From assembly GCA_001938485.1 (NCBI GenBank), contig MQRK01222231.1:1-64000 (forward strand): a DNA stretch of 64,000 bases. Direction: 5' to 3'. The position numbers and the translations under genes are program-made. Below the pieces are notes generated by a model, which worked only from the letters and a program-made list of their open reading frames with translations, ran no database searches and had not been told where the DNA came from. This DNA is from Girardia tigrina (Eukaryota). How positions within the stretch are numbered: the first letter of the stretch is position 1; each line of letters starts with the position of its first letter. Below are positions 40,188 to 51,770 of this stretch, piece by piece.

Positions 40188-40457
40188 TTGAAACAGTACA
40201 TACAGTCGTTGAACCAGATGTTGATATATTTTTGACTTATGAAAGTAAAAGAGATATTTGGTGTACAACAGATCCTAAAGAAGCAGAAAACCAATTTCCA
40301 AATTTAGCTTTTGCGGGTGTTTCTGAACCTTATTACGTTCAGATAACTAATAGGCATATGCAAATATGTAAAGATGAAAGTATTTGCGTAAGAGCTATAT
40401 GTTTTGGTTGTTCAGATCCACAATTAACATTTACTCGGAAATGTTATTTGCCTCATC
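40188..40457 (+). CDS. Exon A6 of multi-Ig-like-domain gene (phase 1-1, 270 bp; may instead start at ATG 40124 with a signal peptide)
   Basis: ttgcag|TT acceptor, C|gtaaaa donor; (V)ETVHTVVEPDVDIF...IWC...AICFGCS..CYLPH, with two extra Cys. Confidence 0.8.
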
Positions 40458-40508
40458 GTAAAAATATTTTGCAACACTAAAAACTAATTTATTTATTAAA
40501 CATTCAAG

Positions 40509-40781
40509 CATATCCAATTCAAGTCAATATAGTACCTCATGACACAACTTTATTTTACATGAATCCACATACAATACAATGTTTCTATGACCCCTACTTT
40601 GCTACACATCAAGAGATTGAATATGTAATACCTTCTTTGACTGAAAATTTTCATTATACCAAAGGTCCAAATTTAACAATTCAAATTGTTCATTCGATCT
40701 ATTTACTGAATTACAGCGTTTGTGTATACTGTGGATATAATTATAAATACATGAATGTATCAATGTGTTATCAATTAACAG
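40509..40781 (+). CDS. Exon A7 of multi-Ig-like-domain gene (phase 1-1, 273 bp)
   Basis: Follows a 51-nt intron with ACTAA branch-like motif and caag| acceptor; CAG|gtatga donor; (P)YPIQVNIVPHDTTLF...IQC...SVCVYCG..CYQLTG. Confidence 0.8.
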
Positions 40782-41816
40782 GTATGAAGATAAACTTTAG
40801 AATGGTGTTAAACCAAATATTTGTACAAAGTTATGATGTTATCTGAATAATCCTTCTCTTACGAGAAGTTATTACCCGAACGCTCGTTCCGCTTATTACG
40901 TTTAAAGGAGCTCATTAAGGACTACCATCTGTATTTACTACCATAAACAATCGTTTGATACGATTCATTTTTTTCCTATGATAAAGACATTATCTAATGT
41001 ATAACCATTGAGTCGAAAAATATTTAGTTTTAATGTATAACATATTATCTCAATTACGCTAGTCTTCTTCGGTGTAATGTTCAAGCTAGTCAGAATATTT
41101 GTATTGTATTTAGATCAATTGCTTATACAACCTAACTGCACAGTTTAATTGTACATGACCTGGCTTTTCAACAGGTTGTCTTAGCATTTCTGTGAACCAT
41201 GTACGATTTGTATAATAATAGCATTCGACGTCAATCTATTCAATAACTTTTTTCAGATTTTTTTCATCCTTTATCGATAGTGGCACGCTGTTGCTCCTTT
41301 ACGACAACGGCTGAAATTCGTCTGTGCTTGCAATCCGCATTATAAATTAGTAAAACAGTAATTAGTTGATGAGAAATTTACAAATGCTATGAAATGTCAT
41401 GGAGCACAACGTGAACTTTTATAAGAACTAATGAAAGTTCATTAGAATGGTTAATCTCTAAGACCAGTTTCATCAATGATAAGTACTGCTCAATATATAT
41501 TTGTCTAATACAGTTAGTCTAATATAGTTTTTCTAATACTATTTTGTCTACTTTGCTTCTGGAGGGTTCAAAGATTCTCTTTTCAGATTTCCCAGTTCTT
41601 CTCCAACTGAGATCAATTTTTCAAATTTTGCCATTACACTGTCGAATTCAGCCTCGTACTCTTCACAATTTGTCCTTACTTTGTCTGTCACCTGCAGTTC
41701 TTTTAACGCTTGATTCCGCTTTCGAGTCAGTGCTCTCTTCCAAATAACATTTTTTTTTATTTTCCATCATCCCACTGATACTCCGAGTTATCTTTTTCAG
41801 CAACGCCCTGGTCGCT

Positions 41817-42042
41817 CCCACGACTCAACCTTAAAAGTAGATGGAGAGTGTATCCGTTGTTAAGATTTCAATCGCTAAGAGATCTACCGTCTTCCAACTA
41901 TTTCCCCTCGAAGATGACTTTTTGTTGGCCTGGTGGAATGCCTTCTTTACTCCGGATCTTCTCCATGACGTCATCGATGGTGTCGTTTGAGTTCACATCC
42001 AACGTGATTGTTTTCCATGAGTGTCTTAAGGAAAATTTGGAG
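41817..42042 (-). pseudogene. Divergent ubiquitin domain, disrupted, reading on into a Gag-like coiled-coil
   Basis: [71 protein letters not shown]; 1 frameshift and 2 stops. Confidence 0.85.
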
Positions 42043-42397
42043 GGAAAGAACTTCGCTCGGATTGGCAAAATGATACCAACAAGACAATCCTCAGCCAAAC
42101 TAACACATCATTCATCGAACCCTGAGGGGCGAGTCGCTCTGGGTGCTGGGCCGATTCTTTGAACGGGGTCACCTGTCACTCAATACTCACGAATATTTTT
42201 TATATTACTGATAAACACGACCCTAAACCTCGATTAGGGAAAAAATTCTTAAATTAAATTCTTTTTCCCACAAAAATTTAAATAATCAATATCAGTCATG
42301 ATAATAATCATTCTTACAAAATTCACAATCAGGGGGAGGATATTTCTCAAAACATCATACCTATGATTCTGAAGCCCGTCCACCAACACCAGAGCAC

Positions 42398-42418
42398 CGA
42401 AACCACGCTCTGCTACCA
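42398..42418 (-). promoter_or_regulatory. Primer-binding site complementary to the initiator tRNA-Met 3' end
   Basis: Minus-strand TGGTAGCAGAGCGTGGTTTCG. Confidence 0.7.
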
Positions 42419-45117
42419 GGAGGTTATAATCAGAGAAAGTAACTTGGATATTTAACCCTTTCGGAACGTCACACACGAATATTTGGAATACTTTCAGTTT
42501 ACAGAACACCAAAAGTCGGAATGTTGCAGTTTCACTCAAAATGTCTTCTACACAGTCTTTTTGAGAATGTTTCATGACATCCAAATTTTTATTCATTCTA
42601 CAGCAAAAAACATTTGACGCATTAGAAATTCGTCGATATAATTCCGATTGAAGAATTGATTGAAAGAAAGGAGCTGTCAATTCAAAGAACTTAATAATAC
42701 AATCCTCAGTGCGTTTCATTTAACAACAGCTGGATACGAAATTCTAACCTTAAAAAAATTGGTTGAATATAATTATCCAATGAAATAATAGTAGAAGATC
42801 TTTTAACAATAACATTTACTATAGGAATTTAAGTTACATACACTCATACAGGCATATACACACAAATACACACATATATACATACATACAAACATCAAAA
42901 CACACATCATTTTATGCTCATTTAACAATTTAAGGCTCTTTTAACAACAGCATCTCAGAAAAGTTAAAAAAATGAATTATGAATTGGAAAGCATTTCTTC
43001 GGCGTCGGATAATAATACTGACCCAGCAATGGATGTTTCTCATGACATTCATGCTAAAAAGAAACGAAAATCGTAAGATGTTTAAACTTTTTACTTGATT
43101 TATTTCCTCATTTTTCAGTTTCTAAGAATGACAAAGATAGAATTGTATCGGCGTACAATAAAGGACAAGATTATATTCTCTTGGCTGATCAAATGAATAT
43201 TACCAAGTCAACAACCAGGGCTATAATCTACAGATATAAAAAAATATGGTCATGCAACAGTCGGAAAGCATGGCGGTCATAAAAAGCATTTAATGTCCCC
43301 GGAGGTCGGTAAGATAATCCTCACTTTCTCCAGTCTGTGATTTGACATTTTGGTCAAAGAATCAAATAGAATTCTCCATAGAACTGCTTTCAGGAAATGT
43401 CAATTTGTAAAATTTTTCATATTCAGTTTCAAACAAAGAATCCATTTGAAATTTAGATATTTACTATTTTCCGATCAAAATTCAATGCACACAAAATTTT
43501 CTTTTTTTTCAAATATCCAAAATATCATCAATAAAAAGATCCAATCACGCATAACACTCCATCAATTCAAAATAGATATACTTTCATGTAATTATAATTA
43601 TTTTCCAAAAATTCGCCAAGCATTCGACATCGAAAAAAAACTGAATTTAAAAATCGATTCAAAACCACCAAGAAAATTAATCTATTTTGATCCGACTAAA
43701 CAATCGATTTAAAAAACAAATTCATTCGATATTCACACAAAGGCATAAACTATCAAATTTCGCCAAACATCAAATTTTTCTTTCTTTGCGTTCAATTATT
43801 TAATTTATTTTTTTTCAAAAACATACAATTATATCAAATATCATAGTGATTGAAAACGTAAAGTTTCATTCCGACTTTTGGATTTATTTTTCGAAATGTT
43901 TTTATTGTTTTGAAATTGAACTAAAGATATCGAATTTGAGTGTTTAAAATCAAAACCTTTAGATACATCAATTGATAAATTATTATGAGATCACAACAAT
44001 TATGAGTTAAAAACATTTGGATGATTGAATTAGTCTGGTTAATTTGAGATAAATGATTGAATAGATTTTGAGGAATCGGATATGGCTGAGGAAATGTCAT
44101 CATCATTTTCGTCATCGAAAATAACTACTACATAACTTGAATTGTTTGGAATCGTTGCCATGGAAGTAACATTAGTTATTTTTAATTTCAGGACCGTTCT
44201 CATTTCGAAATGTTTTTTTTCTTGAGCATTGATTTCATTATTGCAAGTTTTTTAAATTCCGGTCAGACAAAATCTGGTTTGCATTTTTTATATCTCAAAA
44301 AGTAAAATTTATCGCAAAACATCGCGAAACAAGTATATTTATCGGTAATTGATTGTGGGCCCAGTCGAAGTGCAATTTATTAGGCAGGAAAAAATGAAGG
44401 AGTTGACAACGAACAAGAAGCGCAAATCAACAATAGAAATTCTGGTCAACAACGATGAACTTTTATATGTAACAGATTTAAAGAATTTTGTAGAAAACAG
44501 AGTGTAAAAATAAATCATCAATGTACGCTGTTAGGAATTAAAAATGCTATGAAAATTTTTCAAAGAATGTTATAATAAATATGTACAAATTAAACCGTTT
44601 ACATAATGAAATATGTAACGTTTGAAAAGATAAAATTACTAAAATTATGAAAATCAATTAAATTGCTAATAATAAATTTTTTTTGAGAGTTTTTAATATA
44701 ATATAAAAAGTAAAATGTATAATTTTTATGTAAAACAATTTTAAAAAAATTAATAAAATTAAATGAAACGATTAAATATTTTAAAATGTTATCATAATTT
44801 AAAATTGATTTATAAAAGTAATGAAAAAATCAAATATGAATATTTATAAGTATTTTTATTTATATCGGTTTAAGATATATAAAACAAATTGTTTCTCAAA
44901 AAAATAATAAGTTTGTTTAAATATTAGATTTAAACATTTTTTGTGTGGTATAATAAAAGTTTTGATATCAGAAATATCTCATCGTAATAATTCCGACGAT
45001 GTCCTAGAATCTCTAATATACGTATAGACCATATACGAACGGCACTGTTGAGCGTAGTCATATAACAATAGTGGACAGAAAAAAAATGAGAAACTGACAA
45101 AAAATGTCGTTACAATG

Positions 45118-48100
45118 CAGGGCCTTTTTTAACATATTGACAGGGGGCACGTGCTCCCCCACTGATCAAAAATGCCCCCCCAGTTCAAAGCAAAAGTGAT
45201 AGATTGGGATGGGCAATTTTTTTAAAATCAATTTTTAAAACTACCTTTATGTTGCTTTGTGATCATAACCTGATGCTTTTGCAACAGCAGAAGATTTAAA
45301 CTTCGCTGTTCTAGCAAAAGACTGAATCACATTACATTCATTGGACCCTTCGCAACAGAAGAATCCATTATCAGCACTTCTCACAATACTATGGAATGGT
45401 ACAAGCACAGAAAAGTGAATGTTAAATGGTAAGTAAAAAATAGAAGGGACTGCTTGGAAGTATTTATGTTTGCACCTGCTGAAAGGAAGCGTAAAACACA
45501 TTATATGAAATATAGAGTGTGTGAAAAGTTTATGAACGTAGCTTGTAAGTTTGCTCTCAATTGCACTGTTTACTTGGCTTATGTCTGCCGTGCAGATGCA
45601 ACTGTAAAAGTGAAGGCTGTAACAGATCATCTTGAATCAATCTTCCAAAAGGCAGCAGTGCGACATGTAGATTGAAAATTGCAGTGGAAAACTCATTCCT
45701 CTCATCACCTTTGGCTGAAACGTTAGCAAAGGTACCGTGTAGAAGTTGTGGAGTTTCTTATCTCACTCGCCGTGGACGTTTATAATGACAGTCTGATAAG
45801 TACTCTTTCTGCAAACAGCTTGCCCTTAAGGCAGTGGTTTTCAACCTTTTTGTACCGGTGCCCCCCTTTTAAAAAAATTGGTGCGCCCCCTTTAAAAAGC
45901 AATTTTTGGATTTATTTTTTGTGACACCTATTCGATTTTTTTTGGTTTGTATTCGAAAATGATATTTTGGAAACTTCTGCCTTAAGGTATTTAACTCAAG
46001 TTCACAGGTCCAAAATTATTAACAGTCTTCTCGAAAATGAAGTTATATCGGGTTGGGTTTTGTGTGTAACCACGTCCGCAATACTTTTGACTTGATCAAG
46101 TTTGACGCGTTCGTTAGTGACCGGATGACCGGCACCTATATCGTACAACCAATTACACGATAAAATTTGATGTTCAGTCTGATTCGTCCAAGATGGAATT
46201 TTAATCACGTTACAGTCGATTTATTTGATCGCTCCGTCTTGACAGTCTTGTCTGTGATATTTAATGAGAATGAGAATTTTCGATAAACGTTTATTTATAA
46301 ACAATGTAATATCAAATTGATCCACTATGTTCCACACTAAACAGATTGGTTTCGTAATTAGAATGTGTGCATTTTGTTAATTTTTTAATTTTTACAGTAA
46401 AACAAATTCTTTAAGTTTGAATTTTTATGTTTTTTATGAATCTTGAATTTCATGAATTTTAATTTAATTTTGAATTTTTATTTTATTAATTGTTAATGTA
46501 GTTTCTGGATTTTTATTAATTTGTTAATTTAGTTCTTGAATTTTAAATATTTTTTTAATGTTATGGAGTTGGCGTATACAACAGAAATGAATTCTCCATT
46601 GGAGGAATTTCAACCTCGCTCGTCGATATTACATTACAGAGACCCAAACTGCTATCAAGAAATGCTACTCATAGTTGCTGGATAAGTTCCGAAGGAACTC
46701 CCTCGTGAGCTACAGGATTTTGTTGCTTACGCAACGCAAGTTGATAGCTCCGTCAATCTGAAAGTGGTGGATTATAAGTAAGTCTCTACGAGAATAGTAA
46801 CAGAAGAGCATGAAGTAAAGAACGCATTCAAAACCTTCAACGATTTTCAACATATTGGAGTCTTTGGACTGCAGTAAGCCACTCAGCATGCCCTTTAGAC
46901 GAAGTCCGCACCAACTTCCAAACTGATTATTGTTACTGATTTTTGTTACTTGAGATGACAAAAGCGCTAATACAGATACAACAAGGAAGTTTGGGAAGCT
47001 TATAAAGAACTGGTTGCACCTTGATCTATTGACGTTCTGGTGTGCTGTTCACAGAATTGACACAGTTTTTAAAAGCATTGAAGAAGGCGTTTTAGAGCTG
47101 AGCATCTGGATTAAAAATGCCTCTAGCTACCTTCTTCAGGATGTCTAAAAAGACAACGAAACTCCTATATCGATTTCAACCAACGGCGAATCATTTCTCT
47201 ACTCCTTACGAAGTTCAATTTGCTGAGCATATAGTCAACCTTTTAACGGTCATTCTTCATACGTTTTACGACTGCATTGAAGTTTTTAGAAGTGAAAGGC
47301 GAATTGAAAAAAGAGTGAGCAACAGCACGGAGATATTTGAAGACCTGGACATGTGAATCGCATCAAGTTTGGTTTAACGGTCTAATAGTTGCTATTTTGA
47401 AAATATTTCAGGATTTGCAAAAGCAACTACAGCGTGACAACCTGATTCTACCTGAGATAATAAAAAATAGAGATTCGGCACTACAACTCCAGGAAACAGA
47501 GACTCATTTTAAGAGCTGTTAACAGTAATATGCCAACTACAAGAAATAAGGATGCAGTGAGCCTCGAAATTGTATAGTCAATATAGAATTATCTTGGAGA
47601 GCGGTTTGATGTGGAACAAGAAGTAGTCGAAGACATATTAACTCTTTTGCATACAGCAAAACTCAAAACTTTTATTAATGCAGGAGTCAAAATAACATTA
47701 CATCTGTTTTCAGAAGAAATCCAGCGCTTTGTAGATGACTATGCTGAGCAATGGCCAAGAAATACTTTACCCTAATTAAAGTTTAAGTACTTCCTACAGC
47801 GCTACAGCTGCGTACTTTTGAAAGTAATATCGTCTTCAGTAACACTCACTCCTCATAGCATGCTTCCTGAGAGGCATTATTCTTTTTAAAACCTGAATGT
47901 TTCAGCGATCAGCTGAGACATCCAATGAATTGAAATGAACAGCATGAATGAATTGAAAAGGGACCTACAAGGTTGATCCTCACAGTGCTGTGGTAGAATT
48001 CTTGTGGGTGAAAGAAATACAAGAAAGAAACTCAACCTTGATACTTATTCAGAAAGAGACTTTGTTACCAATTCTTTTTTTAAAAGTAACATGTATTGAA

Positions 48101-48345
48101 GTGTTATATAATATAACTCGTATTGGACTGTTTATAAAATGTTATGGGTCGGGTGACTCGTGTATTTTCTTCATTTAAATCTGAGAACACTTGATAAAAA
48201 AACTGTTTTAAGCAGGAAAATCCACTATAAAAAAACAAGGAAAAATAACTATTTTCACCCGAGATTAAAAGTTACCGAATTTCGGCACATGACCATTTCA
48301 TATTGCTTGTGCACCCCCATTGAAAATTTCTTGAAAAAGGCCCTG
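45118..48345 (+). mobile_element. hAT element with TIRs and decayed transposase; contains a nested Charlie-like end at 45832
   Basis: CAGGGCCTTTTT...AAAAAGGCCCTG termini; 8-bp TSD ttacaatg/gtacaatg; WCAVHR and YEVQFAEH motifs; nested cagtggttttcaacctttt. Confidence 0.85.
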
Positions 48346-49669
48346 GTACAATGTGTAAAGTTTCTGAAAAAGTGTTTGTTAAGACGAGTCAACATTTCAG
48401 GTGTACAACAGAAAAAACTACAGCAAAAATCAGTCAGAACAAATATGAAGTAGACAGTATCCTAAAACTCGCTCATGATATTAGAAAACGATTCGATGAT
48501 CAGGTTGCTTCAAAGAATGATTTTACCAATAAATGAGAAACTATCAAAAATGAAATTAATGTTGATGATTCTGAGACTATGGACGAAGAAAATCTTTAAG
48601 AGCTATGTAGAATGGGTAAAATTTTAAATATTTAATTTTTTTTCACTTAAAAATAAGGAAAACCAATATATTAATTAAAGTTTATTAAAAATAAAATACT
48701 TATTCAGTTCAAATTAGAAATCAAATAATATTTTTTTAAATTTATAAATTGGAAAATGTAGCACAAAATTCATTTACTGAAATGTCTTCAAATGTTTTAC
48801 GTAAATGTTTTGCAAGAATTCAAGGATTGTTGCCATGTGTAATAAACCTTTATGCTATTCGAAATTATTTTAAAATAAAGATATTGAAATTTTTGAATTC
48901 AAATTTCAATATTTTTAAAATTTTAAATACCATTTGTGAGATATTATTCTCATTTGTTTTAATTCACCGAAACCGGTGTCAGTGTATCTTTTAAATATAA
49001 CTTTTCCGTTGTCTGCCGCTTGTTTATTACACCATTATAATAAACTTTATAATATGAAATGCTTCTGATAAATTGCAAAATTATCATTTCAAAGTATTTC
49101 TGACAATTTACAAAATGAATAAAACTCCTGTAAAGTTTCTGACCATTTTCGAAATGAATAAAATTTTTACGAATTATTTAGATAAAAGCGCAGTTGAACC
49201 TGAAATTGTATAGTAGATAATTCCTATTAAACAGTATTTCGCAACCTCAAACCGACAATAGTTTTGCAAAACAGTTAGAAATACCTAATATGATTCAAGA
49301 TTAAATTTCTTTTATTGACTTTTGATTTTAAATTTTATTTCATTATACTTTTACTCATACTTGTGAATATAAAAATATATAAGAAGCAAAAAAGAAAAAA
49401 AAACATTGTAATATAATTTTAGTGTGAATTTATCGAAAATCTCTCAAATACATCGTTACGTTTGTGACTTGTTTGTCAAAACATTTTTTAATGAAACAAT
49501 TAAGCATTTTAGGTCAAAAGATCCTTTCAATAAAATGCATTCAAATATTGCATATGATGAGGAATTAGTTAAATCGTAGTTGGCTAATCAAAATTTTAAT
49601 AATTTTTTTTAAGTATAATTTTTTGAGTTTTTATGTTATATTTTAAAATTAATTTTTGTAAAAAATAAT

Positions 49670-50397
49670 TAAAAAGCGTCAAAGAAATTTGGAATGGAAG
49701 TCAACATACAAAAAAGCAAAATAATGGTTTCAGGAAACCGTAACAACGAGGTTAAACTGGAGATCTACATTCAAGGGGAAAAGCTGGAGTAAGTTAAGAG
49801 TTTACAAATACTTAAGGTTTACTATCACAGAAGAAAGCGAAGAAATCATAAACCGCATTGGTATTGCAACAAGCGCAATGATTAAGCTTAGTACAGTTTT
49901 TAACCTCAAAGAACTCCATTTCAAGAGCAGAATAAGGATCACTAAGGCTATTGTATGGGCAACATTTCTCTATGGATGTGAGAGTAGGACAATAAATCAG
50001 AAGAGCTTGGATAGACTTAAAGCATTTGAAATGAAGTGATACTTAAAAAAAAGAAAAGAAGACAAATGACTTTGCCTGGAGTAGAGTTACAGAAATACTA
50101 GGTAAAAGACCGGAATCAATAGAAGAGACCATCAAGAGAAGGAAGTTGAAATTTTACGGACATCAAATAAGAATACAAGCTCTAGCAGAGGCTATGATTG
50201 AAGGACCTGTGGAAGGAGAAAGACCAAAAAGAAGACCAAAGATGTCATGAAGAAGCGATTTAAAAGAATGGAATGGATTGAGTATGAAATACCTGAGAAA
50301 AGAGGTTACAAATAGAGAGATGTCGAGAAGGCTTGTGCATAACTAGGTGCACCCACGGCTCAAGGGCTAAGGTCAAAAAGAAGAATAAGAAGAAGGA
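49670..50397 (+). mobile_element. 5'-truncated RTE-like LINE
   Basis: KFGMEVNIQKSKIM, LYGCES, LKAFEM, RRKLKFYGH and IEGPVEGERPKRRP motifs; (AAG)n tail. Confidence 0.8.
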
Positions 50398-50779
50398 AAT
50401 TGGAATAAAATAATTTTAATATAATATAAATAAATAATTTACGATAAAGTATTGTGACTAGTTGAGGATAAATGTTCTTAATATCTTAAAAGTGCGTAGT
50501 ACGTTCAATATGTCCTCAGTTTAAGATAGAAAAAAATAGGATATTTATTTTTTCGTATATTTACATAAATTTTTATATGTTAAAAAATCAATATTAATTC
50601 TAATAAATTACTATTGTTAATATTTGTAAATCCAAATGTAAAGATGAACGAAATTCTCTTTTATAATGCTGTTGATTCGTCATTATATCAGTGTGAACAG
50701 CCTTTGTACAATAATAAAAGATTTAAGTATTTAAAAAATCTGTTCAAAATTTGTACGTGTGTATTTTGACTGGCGAAAT

Positions 50780-51468
50780 GGTGAATCTTCGAATAGAGTG
50801 CTGTGTTGAAATTTCAGAATTTTTTTAACAATGCGGTTACCATTTTTAAATAAGAATGCAGTGACTGAGGAAACAACTCTTTCTATCTATTTGCCGAAAT
50901 GTACTCGTAAATCATAAGAATGGAAACTTCCAAATGAGCAGCCGTCAAACAAACTGAGATCAGGAAGAATATATAAAAAAATACAATAATGATAATTTGT
51001 AGACAGAAATAGTGTAATCAAGTTTGATTTCACTGAAATTGGCTGAATTATCAATGTAGCATAACCAAATAACCTTGTAACAACTGATAGAGTAGACACG
51101 AAGCTCTAAATATACGTTATGGCTATTGCAAGTCAATTTGTTATCAAATAAATGGTACAAGACAGACAATTTTAGAGATAGTTTCTTTTTATTGGCTAAT
51201 CCATCTTATAGCCCAGACATAGTACATAGTAATTTCTTTAAGAAGCATTTCAAAGGCATTAAGTTTTACAGTAGTTAATAAATCGGGAATTTTTTATTAA
51301 AAAAGAGCCTGATTTCTTTGAAAAAGGCTTTCCAGTAGCTAAAAATCCTCTGAAAATGTGTTCACAATATTGAGTCCTATTTCAAAAAATAAACTAGTAG
51401 ATTTTAAATATATTTGATTACTTTCTTTTTTAAATCTTAGCCTGGGGACTTCTTGAATGAGTCACGTA
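50780..51468 (+). mobile_element. Decayed mariner remnant
   Basis: PSYSPDI-like motif and PDFFEKGF; mariner-like end ...gagtcacgta. Confidence 0.5.
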
Positions 51469-51770
51469 AATATTTTATAGATTAAGATTAAATAAAAAAT
51501 GGACGAAATACTCTTTTTAATTATGAGTTAAAAATATAATAATTTTTCAATTTTAAAAATTAATCAGGATTCAAAAATTAAGGTATTAGTAGTTTAAATT
51601 AGTAAGAAAAGTAAAAATTTTGTTTGACTGTATTTAGAACAAAAATTATTAATTGTACATTTATGAATTTAAATATTTATAGAACTAAATAATATTTTGA
51701 AGAACTTGATATGGAAACATGACTCACACAGCTTTATTGAAGCACTTTTCCACAGCTTATCAACAAAACG

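Noticed and set aside
42398-42418. tRNA-Met gene
   Set aside because: Only the 3' 21 nt including CCA are present, with no D or anticodon arms; fits a PBS.
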